Shown: positions 29,359-41,515, counted from the first letter of the stretch. The stretch: DNA of 64,000 nucleotides from an uncultured Hormoscilla sp. (GCA_963921275.4 OZ001293.3:3072001-3136000), one strand, 5' to 3'. The notes: generated by a model from the letters alone, not told the origin. Numbers and translations are program-made.

Positions 29359-29700
29359 TCAGCTATTCGATTGCCGGTTAATCGCTGCCATCAAGCGCCG
29401 ATCCAGCAGCTGATTAACCCAGGTCATCACGTCCGTGGCCCCGTCGTACTTGTCGATCTTGTGGCAAACATCAGAGAAAGTCTGATAAAGGGCCTTGTTG
29501 TAGACATCGGATGGAACGTTATATTTCTCCTGGCAGGAGATTTGGCTCGAGTGCTGGATGGCACAAATCAGCTTGTGGAGGGCGAACCGCCTTCGATGTC
29601 TTCGGGATGCTTCGCAAAAACCCCTCAGACATCGGTGATTACTTTGGGTTGGGTGCTTTTGAGCTTCCAAAGCTAACGGTTCAAGTCTTTAAGGTAGTTT
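29359..29700 (-). pseudogene. Sigma-70-like/HTH regulator N-terminal fragment with an in-frame 39-bp insert
   Basis: EAQKHP..RRFALHKLI..KIDKYD..VMTWVNQLLDRR. Confidence 0.5.
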
Positions 29701-30291
29701 CATTGCGATCGCTGAACTCGATAATCCCATGACAACAGACCCATCTTGGAGTTCAAGAAGGACAAATGAGGAGTTGCCCATGACTTATTACTGACTTAGA
29801 TTGCGCGCAAGGGAAGACAGCTATAATTGGTATAAGCTGATTTTTCCCATAAATAAGCCATCCACATTAACAACATCGATCGTGGAAAAGCGATACCGAC
29901 TGGTGCCGGTGTACGGCATGAGTGACATAGGTAACACTACTGTCGTTAGGCAGCTAGTAGAATAGATTCAGGATGGGTTTGATTTTGTGATTTGGCGTTC
30001 CCTGAGAAATGCCCCAAGCTCAAAAACCTCCTGACTGACACGATCCAATTTATGGCCCAGCAGCGGAAAACGAATTTACCAGACGGGGAAGATGAACTAA
30101 TCTTGCGGCTGATGAAGTATCTGCGCAAATATCGATGTATCCTAGTAATTGAGGATTGGTAGATGGCGATCAGCTGGGCAGCTGGCGATCGATGAACACC
30201 TTCAGTCCGCATGAAGTGAGGCTCATTCCCTTGAGACTTCCTCCTGTCTTTGTCTATTTGCTCAAATCTACCGATTCGATATATGACCGCA

Positions 30292-31400
30292 CAGAATGTA
30301 AAGATGAATAAACGAAATATAGTTTTAATAATAATTGCCGCCTGGTTGGGAATCGTAGGATTATCATGTAAACAAAAGCTACCAGTTGGTAAGAATGGAA
30401 AAGCTCATAATAAATATCATGTCGAACATGTTTGGTGTCCCCAAAAGTTTGGCGACAAGATCAGTTGTGGAGAAGAAATCCTATTTCCAGGAAATGCACT
30501 ACTAAAAAAGCAATCGGGGGTGTCAGCATTTGCGGCTGGTAAGTATAAAGAGGCCATTCGCTTATTAGAGGAGGCAATGAAAGAGCAGTCTAATGACCCG
30601 GAAACCCTAATTTACCTGAATAACGCTAGACTGGCAAAGGAAAAAGCAGAAGCTTATACGATCGCGGTAGCAGCCCCCCTCAACACTGGTGGGAATAGCG
30701 TGGACAATTCGGGGCTGGAAGTTCTGCGGGGGGTAGCTCAAGTCCAAAATCAAATCAATCAGGTACAAAAAATTAATGGCAAGGGTTTGAGAGTGGCGAT
30801 CGCGGATGATGCAGATAACTCTGACCAGGGTAAAAAAATAGCACAAGCTCTGACCGCACAAGATAATATAATAGGCGTCGTAGGTCACTTGTCTAGTGGA
30901 GTAAGTTTGCAGGCTGCTCCTGTTTACGCACAGGGTAAATTGCTATTAATTTCTCCGACAAGCACCTCGATGGAACTCTCAAAAGCGGGGGATTTTTTCT
31001 TTCGTACTGTCTCGACCGATCGGGACAGTGCGAAAGCTTTAATTACCATCCTGCCCAGAGTCCATTAAGGTAAAGTAGCAGTATTTTACAATTCCAATAG
31101 CGATCATAGTCGCTCTCTGCGGAATGAATTCCGCGATCGCTTTCGACCCGCAGGCGAGATCGTAGAGGAATTTGATTTATCTGACCCTGATTTTAATGCA
31201 GTCAGGGCGGTAAAGAAGGCACGCAGAGAAGGAGTCACAGCCCTGGGAAGGAGTCACAGCCCTGGTTTTACTTCCCAACACCTCGACTCGTGCTGAGGCT
31301 AGAGAGGTAGTCAAAGCCAATCAGGGCCGCTATTGTATGGTAGCGGGGGATAGCTTCTACAATTTTGATACTTTAACAAAGGTGGGCAAAGATGCCGTAG
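30292..31400 (+). pseudogene. Branched-chain amino-acid ABC substrate-binding (LivJ-like) protein, frameshifted
   Basis: DPETLIYLNNA, GVVGHLSSG, ISPTSTS, FFRTV; frameshift near 31050; 19-bp tandem duplication 31228-31265. Confidence 0.8.
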
Positions 31401-32132
31401 GCCGCCTCGTCTGTTTTTGGTTTGGGTGGATGGCGGCGGAGTGCGGCAATCCTTTCGGACAATGGGTGATGGATACGTTACACTGGGTTGTGATGGTTGT
31501 GTTGCGACCGGAACAGGCACCAATTGACAAGCAAGTTGTCGCCCACAACTTGGAGCAATAACTTCTGAACGAGTAGTGAAACCTGTACTTGCGTCAGACC
31601 TGCGGGAGCTATGGAAAAAGCTGAAACCTTTACTGTGACTGCCTTTTGACCAACCTGATTCCCTTATTTACTCAATGATATAGAGCATACAAACTAGATT
31701 ATACAAAGCGTTTATAAATTTTCAATTATGCGTCCAAATATAACTCATATTTATCGACTCAAAATTAAATTTTAAAATCTTATTATAGCAAAAATTTATA
31801 TTTTGGAGAGGTCTATTAGACCCATGGCTTAGCATAGTTTTTTACCTTCACAAACTTTTAAAACAGCCTCTAATATCTGGATGGCTTCAGCTTTCTCTGC
31901 GGGTGTTAAGTAGCTATGTTTCTAATTCTTTGACTGTCATCGGTACTGTTTGATTTGTGAATTATATCTCTCGTAAATTATATCTTATTATCGTCCCGAT
32001 CGGGGTTTGAAGAGCATCATATTTCCCCTCATTGCTAGTTCCGGCGGAAGCAGAGCCTCTTCTGTTCCCTGACTCTGGCAGGGAACGAGAGATAACCATT
32101 GTCTCCTATGGTAATGGTTAATTTTTCACCTC

Positions 32133-32586
32133 TCAAGTCAGCGGACCAAAATAAAAGGTATCGGTAGATGGATTAACCGCGTAGCAAATTCTTTCGAGAA
32201 AACTAATTTGACCGATAAACGAGGGAAAATTTCCCCAGTATTCCTCGACATCAGGAATAAACGCCGTAGCATCTACATCCAAATCTTCGCCCTCGTCATG
32301 GGGCAAAGTTATAGTCAGACGAATCACACTCCCCTCTAGTCGCATCCCTCTAATCAGCATGGTTAATCTTTCCAGGGGAGTAACGCGGTCCAATCGGACC
32401 TGTCTAGCAATTCTAGGTGCGATTATCGGATAAGGTGCGCCTGTATCAAGGATTCAGTTTTGATCCCTTCGATTTTCACAAGTAAAATAATCCGATTGGT
32501 GGTTTCACTGGGAGTTGCAGGAGCATAATCATAACGAATTGCGCCTGTAGCAAAGGTTTCACCGTCCGGCAAAAGTAGTAGAGCCA
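32133..32586 (-). pseudogene. Retropepsin-like (DTG) protein, frameshifted near 32455
   Basis: MALLLLPDGETFATGAIRYDY.., ILDTGAPYPII, FIGQISFLERI..VNPSTDTFYFG. Confidence 0.6.
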
Positions 32587-32949
32587 TTAATAAATCACCG
32601 TCACAAATACATCATTTAGATCGCCAATCTGCTCAACTAATTCATCAAGGGAACTGCCCGTAGCCAATAATTCCCCATCCCGGACTGCTACCCATTGATT
32701 TAGATAGTTACGGTTACGGCGTTGCTGCCTTACCCACTCTCGACTCTTTTGTAAACCTTTGTCAATTGGTCTTTTCACGGAAGTTGCTCGAGCTGGTTTC
32801 AAAATATTAACACAGTTCTGGATATATTCCCGATCGGGAAAATGCTCGATCTCCTGAATTGAAAGCTGCCGTGCCTTGAGGAAATCCCCGATCAACAATG
32901 CTTGTCGCATAGCTTGGATAAAATATTCTGGGCTGTTGTCATTCATCAT
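32587..32949 (-). CDS. Hypothetical protein with DUF5678-like C-terminus
   Basis: YLNQWVAVRDGELLATGSSLDEL. Confidence 0.65.
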   Translation of the reverse strand: MMNDNSPEYFIQAMRQALLIGDFLKARQLSIQEIEHFPDREYIQNCVNILKPARATSVKRPIDKGLQKSREWVRQQRRNRNYLNQWVAVRDGELLATGSSLDELVEQIGDLNDVFVTVIY

Positions 32950-33709
32950 ATCTAAATTGCTCTATCTTATTTTATTATAGGGCAGATCTCAAATAATGTC
33001 ATCCGCCTCGTATCGGGGTTTGATGAGCATCATATTTTCCCTCATTGCTAGTTCCAGCGTAGCGTGTCCGCAGAGCCTATGAATGGGCGGTTCCCTGCCT
33101 TCGTCAGGGAACGAGAGAATTAAGGGAACTCAAGCGTAAATAATCGGACAAAATTATCCAGTAGTCAAGATGCACCAGTTGGTACAGCGATATAAGTTGG
33201 GGAATTTATTTTTTGGAACTCCCTAAGCCCGCGCAGGCGGGCAAGGTTGCTCGTCGCCCCACCCCGGCGACGGGGGTCTCCCTAGGAACGGGTTCCAGCG
33301 TAGCGTGTGGTAGCTAAGCTAAGCTTGCGTCGGGATGCGCCTGGATATAGCGTCCATCTTCGCCCAGCCCAGAGGACAGTTGCATAAGTGTCTCCACACC
33401 TGCCAACCCTGGAACTTATCTTACTAGACTTGTTGTATCAGATAGATATGGTTTTCCCGAGTGGTAGCTATCCGGACTGCCTTCTGCTGATAGATGACTG
33501 TAATGCTGATGCTTGCAGTCCTCTCCTCTCCCACCGGCTACCCCGAGCGCTGCCCCTCTAGCAGCTATCTTGTCCGGATTACTACTTAGTCAAAATTACT
33601 ATGGCTTTCGGTATAAACACGATTTATTTGTTACCCAATCCGCCATCAGGAGTAAAAAAGCTCCCAACCCGATCGCACTAACACTAAGTAACTCAAACAG
33701 GAGACATTC

Positions 33710-33985
33710 ATGATGCTGAAAAAATTTATGTCAATTTTCTACAAGGTAAAGGACTTCCTAGAAGATCCCAGTCCTGATACCGAAACCCCACTGTCTGGCT
33801 TCACAGGAGAAGCCACAGTATCTGAGACCATCGTCGGTCCCGATCGAGAAGGGCGCGTGTATTTTCGAGGCACTTGGTGGCCCGCCCGCTGCGAGCAATT
33901 TGTCACTCTCAAGCCCGGCGATACAGTCCAAGTTATCGATATGAGCAACATCACCCTGCTCGTAGAACCAGTCCATTTTAGCTAA
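33710..33985 (+). CDS. NfeD-like OB-fold protein
   Basis: ATVSETI..GRVYFRGTWWPARC..V.VID..NITLLVEP. Confidence 0.85.
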   Translation: MMLKKFMSIFYKVKDFLEDPSPDTETPLSGFTGEATVSETIVGPDREGRVYFRGTWWPARCEQFVTLKPGDTVQVIDMSNITLLVEPVHFS

Positions 33986-34112
33986 TCCTAACTTATCCAG
34001 TAAAAAGTATGGTAGCTATCCGGACTGCCTTCTGCTGATAGATGACTGTAATGCTGATGCTTGCAGTACCCGATCGCACTAACACCAAGTAACTAAAACA
34101 GGACACATTTAT

Positions 34113-34370
34113 ATGATGCTGAAAAATTTTATGTCAGTTATCTACCAGGTAAAGGAATTCCTAGAAGATGCCAGTAAAGATGCCGAAACTCCACTGTTGG
34201 GCTTGACAAGAGAAGCAAAAGTGTCTGAGACCATCGTCGGTCCCTATCAAGGCGTTTATTTTCGAGGCACTTGGTGGCCCCGAGCAATTTGTCACTCTCA
34301 AGCCTGGCGATACAGTCCAAGTTATCGATATGAGCAACATCACCCTGCTCGTGGAACCATTCCCTTGTAG
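34113..34370 (+). pseudogene. Tandem duplicate of the NfeD-like gene, frameshifted
   Basis: High similarity to 33710-33985 with small deletions; upstream ~57 bp also duplicated. Confidence 0.8.
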
Positions 34371-34563
34371 CTAATTATAGCTGCTAATTAAAAAGTCAAG
34401 TAAATATCGTTTTACTTTTTACTTAAAAGCCATCGGGAACTAAGAAAACCAGATGGCCTTTTAAGTTCGTAGTTCGTAGTTCGAGATTGCTTCGTTCCTC
34501 GCAACGCTGCGCGGTTCGTAGTTATTTTAAAGTCAAGAATGAAAAACCTATCCAAGCTATCCC

Positions 34564-35292
34564 ATGAGGAAAGTTAAACCCGCGATCGCAGTCTGCAACC
34601 TCTGCTTCTCCTATCCAGACAAGCAGCATGTCTTACAGAATCTGAGTCTGACAATACAGCCAGGAGAACGGGTCGGACTAATTGGTCCCAATGGTGCTGG
34701 TAAAACCACCTTCTTTTTATTGATTTGCGGTGTCTTGCAGCCAACCGCTGGTGAAATTGTACTCTGGGACGAGCCAGTGGTAGCTGGGGAGTTTCGTCCC
34801 GAAATCGGCCTAGTATTTCAGAATCCCAACGATCAGTTATTTTCCGCATCAGTCCGAGATGATGTCGCATTTGGTCCGGAAAATCTTGGCTTGTCACCGG
34901 CGGAAGTAGATGACCGCGTACAAGCAGCCCTCTCCCTGACAGGTGTTTTAGAACTAGCTGCGCGAGTACCTCACCACTTGTCTGGAGGAGAAAAGCGGAT
35001 GGTCGCGATCGCCTCTGTCTTAGCGATGCACCCCCAGCTAGTGATTTACGACGAACCCAGCGCCAACCTGGATCTGCGAGCCCGGTGTCGCCTGATCGAC
35101 TTCTTGCAAGACTCAAACGAAACCCTAGTCATTTCCTCCCACGATTTAGAACTGATTCTGGAACTGTGCGATCGGGTCCTCTTACTTGACCAAGGCCAGA
35201 TCGTCGCCGATGGCCCCCCCCAGGAAGTGATGGCCGATTGGCAACTCATGCAGGATCATGACCTAGAGTGCGATTCGTTTAGCATAAACTAA
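34564..35292 (+). CDS. cbiO: ECF transporter ATPase (CbiO family); last codons supplied by an inserted intron
   Basis: GPNGAGKT, VFQNPNDQLF, DDVAFGP, LSGGEKR, DEP. Confidence 0.88.
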   Translation: MRKVKPAIAVCNLCFSYPDKQHVLQNLSLTIQPGERVGLIGPNGAGKTTFFLLICGVLQPTAGEIVLWDEPVVAGEFRPEIGLVFQNPNDQLFSASVRDDVAFGPENLGLSPAEVDDRVQAALSLTGVLELAARVPHHLSGGEKRMVAIASVLAMHPQLVIYDEPSANLDLRARCRLIDFLQDSNETLVISSHDLELILELCDRVLLLDQGQIVADGPPQEVMADWQLMQDHDLECDSFSIN

Positions 35293-36095
35293 CTTGACAC
35301 GAGTTAAGAAGGGGGACCGCTGGCAGGGTTTATTAGCCCTGACAACTTACAGATGATGGTGGTGAAAGCCCACCCCTCCAGGTGCAGGAGTGACAGCACC
35401 CTCCCCACGGTAGCGATGGCATCAATCCGTGAAGCGGGAAGGAAAGGCGTAATGACTGGCAGCCTAAACTGGTCATCGCTAAGCAAGTAGCTATGATGAG
35501 CATAATGCGAAGATTTGCAACGTCGTTACATGAAACCAGCGGAATAAGGCTAAACACGCTGGCCCAAAAGGGAAAGGATACAGGTCATTGGCGGATTCTG
35601 GACCGACCAATAAGCACTGACAACAAACCCGGCGTATGGAATCCATCTAAGGTTACGACCAATCATCTGTAGGAACGAAGTAAACCGGTTGCAGTACTCT
35701 CCATCACCGGTCGATAGATGGAGTAGCCACCACAGGCGTAACATCTGCTCTCCGGAAGGCAGGTCACAACCGGGAAAGATTGAGTGGAGAAGCAAACGCC
35801 CGTCTGTAATGGATGGGATAAGCTGACGCCCTCACAGTTTCGTCAATTGTAAAGTTGTAAGTAGTAGTGAACATGTCACGGAACTCAGTCGAAAGACAAG
35901 AGTATGAATGGAAGGAGGTGCCCTGGCAAGAGCTGGAGCGCCGAGTCTTTAAGCTACAAAAGCGAATTTACAGAGCGGCACAGGAAGGCAACAAGCAGAA
36001 AGTTCGCAAGCTCCAGGGACTATTGAACAGGTCATGGTCCGCGAAGATGATAGCGGTTTGTCAGGTAACGCAACAGAACCAAGGGAAAAAGACGG
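35268..36095 (+). mobile_element. 5' part of an RT-type group II intron (DI-DIV and RT start), truncated
   Basis: GTGCG at 35268; homologous to 15153-15390 + 16226-16816; RT N-terminus to QGKKT. Confidence 0.9.
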
Positions 36096-36465
36096 TCTTC
36101 CCAATCGATGACAGTTTTCTTGGAGACGTTAAGGTTCGTGCAACTGCATTGAGACCCATCCCTTCACTCCTGGCTTTGAGAACTTGGATAATCCGACTTC
36201 AGGGAGTTCGTAGACCCGCTAAGTGGCCAAGGTTTCACTGTAGTAAATGTCACACGCCTGGCAATGGTGGATGGTGCGCTACCGTTGTGTTGAGTCTCAG
36301 GGAGGGTGGTGAGGCTGTACCTCTTCACTCCCACAACAGGGACAACACTGCGAGAATAGTTCCATAACACACCTCTAATTCCGGAAAAGTCTCAGCCTCT
36401 CTATGATCATCTATAATTCATAGAGGGCAAGTCTTTGGGCTATCCTGTTCAGCGGAACCAGTGCC
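36090..36465 (-). mobile_element. IS1-family left-end fragment
   Basis: Reverse complement of 61198-61576. Confidence 0.9.
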
Positions 36466-37397
36466 CAAGATAGGGTCCCGGAAAAATCCATACCATGAAG
36501 ATATATTTGTTGACCTCTTTTTACTACTTGATTAACTTGGCTTCCACTTTTCAGGCGACGATCCGGATCGGATACCTATTATTGCATGAAAAATTTTCCG
36601 CTCGCGTACCCATTTAAGCATCTCAATACTACCAAAGCCAGTATCGGCTAAAATTCTAACCTGAAAACACTCTGTTAGCTTTTTCGGTATAGTTAAAATC
36701 AAATTTTGCGCCAAAGGGGTTTTCTCGCCCTTACCCCGATAAACTCTAAAACCCCAAGGTATACGAAAATCTCCGAGTAAAATATAAAGGACAAGAAGAT
36801 GGAGCCCCCGTTTACCATTGTAGACTCCGATAAAATTATTTAATCCTTTGAACTTCCCTACTTTCTCTAATGTTGTCAAGTCAATAACTACCTCCAAGAT
36901 CGGTTTGCGACCTTTGCGACCAGGAGGGCGTTTGGCTAATAACAGTTCAACAATCTTATTTCTTATAGCCCTAATCACTCTACGAGTTGGCCATTTGTAT
37001 ATATTTAGGAAACGGCTAATTGCACTTGGAGATTTGGTTTGACAGTGCTGGAGCAGGGGATATCCATTGGCTTGTAAAAATAGTCCAAGTAAGCTCTCAA
37101 GGCTCTCTGACTGGTAAATACTTGGCATTAATCCAAGTAGAAATTGAACTAATACCTGGGTATATTTAACTAGAATGTCCATTGATAGATTTGCCAATCG
37201 GTGTTAAGCGAGCAATCTTCTTTATTATACAACAATTATACAACAGTATGCTGTGTCAATTAATAGAGTATCTATGACTAATGGTCAGTTGTAAACGATG
37301 AGCGTCAAAACATGATAATTATTTTTACTCAAGGAATACCAGAGACAAGAAATTATAGCGGGCCATCGGGCTTGTTGAGAATGGTGCAAGATGTCAG
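36466..37397 (-). mobile_element. IS701/IS4-like transposase, 3'-truncated
   Basis: VIDLTTLEKVGKF, ILADTGFG; terminus CTGACATCTTGCAC. Confidence 0.75.
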
Positions 37398-37565
37398 TGA
37401 TAACATACTTGTTTCATACATTCGCACTTCCACGGTCACCACATACTTATCACTTAATTGGCGATTAAGTGAGTTGGCAATCTCAATAATTAGCCAATGA
37501 TGAACCCCTGGCCAAAACTCTGGATCTTCAAAATAAGGATTCATTCCTGGAAATGGTGAAGGCAT
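37398..37565 (-). pseudogene. DUF4058 family N-terminal fragment
   Basis: MPSPFPGMNPYFEDPEFWPGVHHWLI. Confidence 0.8.
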
Positions 37566-37674
37566 ATTTTTCTCTCCTTTTCCTCTATTTTAGCATTCTC
37601 GATCGAGTTGAACCAATAGTCAATCTCCTTGATATTTCGGACTACCGAGAGCCTGTTGGGACGGTGAGTATAAG

Positions 37675-38156
37675 TCAGTGATGAATTTCCAGATCGAGGA
37701 CGTAGCGACCCAGCTGCAACTTATCCGACCATAACTCGTATTCCAACCGTAAATGTTCCGGTATGGATTTGCCCGTCAAGGTCAGCGATCGGGTAAAATT
37801 ACGCAGAGTAATCTGACCGATACCATTTAAGCATCGCTCTGCAACCAATATCGCGATCGACCATACATCCGGTTTTGCCACAGGTGGCGATAGCTAAAAT
37901 TGCCATTGCCTTGCACGGTCATAATCACCCGGTAGAGGGAGATATCCAGCCATAACATCTGGGAGGTATCCACAGCAACTACTGGTTGCCCCTTAGCTGG
38001 AGTGCTAGCGGGCACCGCAGGGAAGTTCAGCAGCAGGTGGAAGCGAGAAAGCTCCTTTTGATAAAGAGTAGCGGAGGTATCAACGGCAGACCGGACAGGT
38101 AGGTCAAGAGAAATTAGGGAAAGACTTACAGGAAAACGGTGATGGGTAAGCATATT
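37675..38156 (-). pseudogene. Conserved cyanobacterial hypothetical protein, frameshifted
   Basis: Overlapping ORFs 37827-38159 and 37675-37881 read as one protein (..SYRHLW / SRYWL..LRNFTRSL..YELWS). Confidence 0.6.
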
Positions 38157-38251
38157 CAATAGAAAAGCTTTGCACTAAACACAAAAAAAGTCTTCGGATG
38201 ACTCTAGTCGCGGTAGAATCATCCTAGGTCATACCACCTCAGTCTAGCTTT

Positions 38252-39607
38252 ATGAAAGCCCCGATCGTCACCCTGAACAGTAATGTTGATGCTCAAGATT
38301 TAATCATCGCCAGACCGGCGGCGGGGCTATCCCTGCAAGGTCGCATCCAGGTTCCTGGAGATAAGTCGATTTCTCATCGGGCCTTGATGTTGGGCAGCAT
38401 CGCCCGAGGAGAAACTACTATAAGTGGCTTGCTTTTAGGAGAAGACCCCCGCAGCACGGCCAACTGTTTTCGGGCTTTGGGTGCTGAAATTTCCCCTCTG
38501 AATACAGAAAAAGTGCAAGTAGTAGGCATCGGTTTAGGAGAATGCAGTGAACCGACTGATGTCTTGGACTGCGGTAACTCTGGCACCACGATGCGCCTGA
38601 TGTTGGGCATTTTGGCATCTCATCCGGGTCGCTTTTTTACGGTGACGGGGGATAAGTCCTTGCGCGCACGCCCCATGTCCCGAGTAGTGCAGCCCCTCAG
38701 ACAAATGGGAGCGCAAGTCTGGGGGCGCAAAGAAGCAAGTCTGGCACCCCTGGCAATTCAAGGCACCCAGCTACAGCCGATTCATTATCACTCGCCCGTA
38801 GCCTCCGCTCAAGTTAAATCCTGCATTCTGCTAGCTGGTTTAATGGCAGCAGGAGAAACCACCGTCACCGAACCAGCACTCTCTCGGGACCACAGCGAAC
38901 GGATGCTGCAAGCTTTTGGCGCATCCGTCAGCATCGACCCAGAAACCAACAGTGTTACAGTAACTGGTCCGGCCCAGCTGCAAGGACAATCGGTAATAGT
39001 ACCAGGAGATATCAGTTCCGCTGCCTTCTGGTTAGTCGCAGGGGCGATCGTCCCTGGTTCGGAACTGATAATTGAAAATGTAGGCGTTAATCCCACTCGT
39101 ACAGGAGTGCTAGAAGCTTTGGAGATGATGGGTGCAGACATCACCCAAGAAAATCAGCGGGTAGTTGCTGGGGAACCCGTGGCAGATTTGCGAGTGAAGA
39201 CCGGATATCTTCAGGGTTGCTCCATCTCTGGGTCCATAATTCCGCGCTTGATTGATGAAATTCCCATTTTGGCAATAGCAGCTGTGTTTGCCAAAGGGAA
39301 AACCGCGATCAAAGATGCTGCAGAGTTGCGGGTGAAAGAGAGCGATCGCATTGCCGTCATGGCCGCACAGCTGAACCGCCTGGGGGCAAGAGTTACAGAA
39401 TTACCCGATGGTCTAGAAATCATCGGCGGCACGCCTTTAACTGGCACCGATGTCCAATCTGAATCGGATCACCGAATTGCTATGAGTCTGGCCATTGCTG
39501 CCCTGAACGCCACTGGCACTACCACCATCGGTGGTGCCGAAGCTGCTGCCATCTCCTACCCAGATTTCACAGCCACCCTACAACAGGTATCAATACCTCT
39601 CGGTTAA
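38252..39607 (+). CDS. aroA: EPSP synthase
   Basis: [41 protein letters not shown]. Confidence 0.97.
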   Translation: MKAPIVTLNSNVDAQDLIIARPAAGLSLQGRIQVPGDKSISHRALMLGSIARGETTISGLLLGEDPRSTANCFRALGAEISPLNTEKVQVVGIGLGECSEPTDVLDCGNSGTTMRLMLGILASHPGRFFTVTGDKSLRARPMSRVVQPLRQMGAQVWGRKEASLAPLAIQGTQLQPIHYHSPVASAQVKSCILLAGLMAAGETTVTEPALSRDHSERMLQAFGASVSIDPETNSVTVTGPAQLQGQSVIVPGDISSAAFWLVAGAIVPGSELIIENVGVNPTRTGVLEALEMMGADITQENQRVVAGEPVADLRVKTGYLQGCSISGSIIPRLIDEIPILAIAAVFAKGKTAIKDAAELRVKESDRIAVMAAQLNRLGARVTELPDGLEIIGGTPLTGTDVQSESDHRIAMSLAIAALNATGTTTIGGAEAAAISYPDFTATLQQVSIPLG

Positions 39608-39829
39608 GCAGGGAGCACCCGAGCACCTGAGTAGGGAGCAGGGAGATTGCTTCGAGGAGGTTAACTCAATTGAGCATAAGTTAATCGCGGTTGTTCCCCC
39701 CCTCACAATGACAAATGAAATCCTTAACCGAGAAGTATTGCAACAGGTGTTATGTATTTAAAGGATGTCTTGATTGCTCTTTAGCAGAAGTTAATTAGCC
39801 GTTGATATACCAGCACAAGGATAAAACCG

Positions 39830-40486
39830 ATGACAAAGATTTTGGTAATTGAAGACGATCCACCTGTACGTACCAACCTGCTCAAACTTCTGGAAGCCGA
39901 GGGGTTTGAAGTCAAGGGAGCTGAAAACGGTGAGGCTGGTGTCTCCTTGGCTATTGAGCAAGTTCTCGATTTGATTCTTTGCGACATTATGATGCCGGAA
40001 CTGGACGGACATGGCGTGCTCGAAGCCCTACGCAAAAACATAGCTACGGCGGCAATTCCGTTTATTTTTCTCACTGCTAAGGCCGAGCGATCGGATTGGC
40101 GTCAAGGAATGGAATTAGGAGCGGATGATTATCTGACTAAACCATTTACCAGAGATGAGTTGCTGGGAGCTATTGCTACGCGCCTTAAAAAACAGGAAGC
40201 AGCTATGATCAAATATCAAGCTGAGCGCAAACGAGCTGAATATCTGTCATAAAAATGCCTTGAACTCCAGGAGTTTGTTAATGCTAAAGATGAACTTTTG
40301 AATAGTCTATCCCAGGAGTTACGCCAGCCATTGTCTAATATCAATATGGCTCTGTATATACTGATCAACCAAGTGTCAGAACTGCAACAGTTTCTCACCC
40401 CTGAAAGTGTCAAGCTTCTCAGTCAATTTAAGCTTTTGAAGGGCCCAACAGGATTGGGGACTGAATTGCCCAAATCTTTGTCCTGA
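39830..40486 (+). pseudogene. Response regulator receiver (39830-40252) followed by an in-frame stop and a degenerate HisKA-like tail
   Basis: ILVIEDD, CDIMMP, FLTA, DDYLTKPF; then SQELRQPLSNI. Confidence 0.7.
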
Positions 40487-40740
40487 GTAGTCAGTTGCTC
40501 CCGACAGGCTCGGCGTCTCCTGAGAGCGCTAGCGCACTACCCAGGAGACACCGCCCGCCTGTCCGGGAGTTGTCAGTTGACGGTAGTTTAAGTATACCAG
40601 TGATTAAACCTTTTGTCAACCCTCTAGATCGAGAAAAACGCCGATTTTTAACCACCGGCAGCGGCTATGAGTGCGATCGCGCTCCTTTTTAGCCGCTGTA
40701 ATAATTATCTTGACAGATGCTTTAGCCTATGTGATGAATA

Positions 40741-40757
40741 TTGACTATAATTATCAA
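40741..40757. promoter_or_regulatory. Candidate Fur box
   Basis: TTGACTATAATTATCAA resembles the 7-1-7 TGATAATnATTATCA; upstream of an Fe-S protein gene. Confidence 0.45.
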
Positions 40758-40824
40758 TAGATCGAAGGCTCCGCGTTGGCGGTGGGCTAGATTGTCGAGG
40801 CAACCAGCCACCGACAGTACCGCA

Positions 40825-40904
40825 GTGTCTCCTGGGTAGTGCGACTACGATGTCCCCCGGGTAGTGCAGCGCTCCTGGAGAACATCGAGCGACCAGGAGA
40901 CACC
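40825..40904. repeat. Nested palindromic mini-elements (inner copy 40849-40886)
   Basis: GTGTCTCCTGGGTAGTGCGACTAC[GATGTCC..AACATC]GAGCGACCAGGAGACAC. Confidence 0.85.
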
Positions 40905-40936
40905 GGATGAAGCACAGTTAGAGAATCATAAAAAAT

Positions 40937-41515
40937 ATGGATAAATTAGAAACCCGATTCAATCTGGAAAGGCAGTTTCTGGGATTTGGGCTTAAAGATG
41001 GTTACAAAATCAAATACTTGCGGTTGGCCACCGCAACAGGGGAAGACTGGATCAAAATGGACAAAAGGTTACGTGCCTCTCTCTACGGCCATTCTTTCAC
41101 CCCAGGAGACTGGCTCCAGGTTTCTGGCGAGCAAAAATTTCAGCCCAAAACCGATCAATTCAAGCTCAAGGCCGATCGAGTAGTGGCGATCGCCGTCCCT
41201 AAAGGCCCCAGGACTGCCTCCACCCCAGTCAAGGCCAAATCAGGCAAAGCCCGGGTTTTAGTCTGTCAAAAATTAGATTGTGGCAAACGTGGCAGCTTGA
41301 GAGTCTGCCAAGCCCTAGAGTCGGCCCTGTGCGCCAGCGGTCTTGCTGACCAGGTAGAGATCAAGAAAACTGGTTGCCTGAAAAACTGCAAAGCTGGTCC
41401 CAACCTTGTGGTTATGCCTGATAAAACCCGCTATAGTCGCATTGGTACTCGCGAAATCCCAGCATTAATTGAAAGACATTTTTCACAGATCGCGAATGTG
41501 CGAACCCAAAATTGA
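40937..41515 (+). CDS. OB-fold + thioredoxin-like [2Fe-2S] ferredoxin domain protein
   Basis: VCQKLDCGKRG..TGCLKNCKAGPNLVVMP. Confidence 0.85.
   Translation: MDKLETRFNLERQFLGFGLKDGYKIKYLRLATATGEDWIKMDKRLRASLYGHSFTPGDWLQVSGEQKFQPKTDQFKLKADRVVAIAVPKGPRTASTPVKAKSGKARVLVCQKLDCGKRGSLRVCQALESALCASGLADQVEIKKTGCLKNCKAGPNLVVMPDKTRYSRIGTREIPALIERHFSQIANVRTQN

Larger units (their letters stand above)
31999..33118. repeat. ~95-105-bp direct repeats (31999-32092, 33012-33118) bracketing a two-gene cassette
   Basis: ATCGGGGTTTGAxGAGCATCATATTTxCCCTCATTGCTAGTTCC...CAGAGCCT..GTTCCCTG..CAGGGAACGAGAGA. Confidence 0.85.

Noticed and set aside
33220..33460. Possible HEARO/omegaRNA-like or other ncRNA (GGGCGAAG motif on the minus strand)
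   Set aside because: No adjacent IscB/IsrB ORF or convincing structure; may be short repeats plus a coding remnant.
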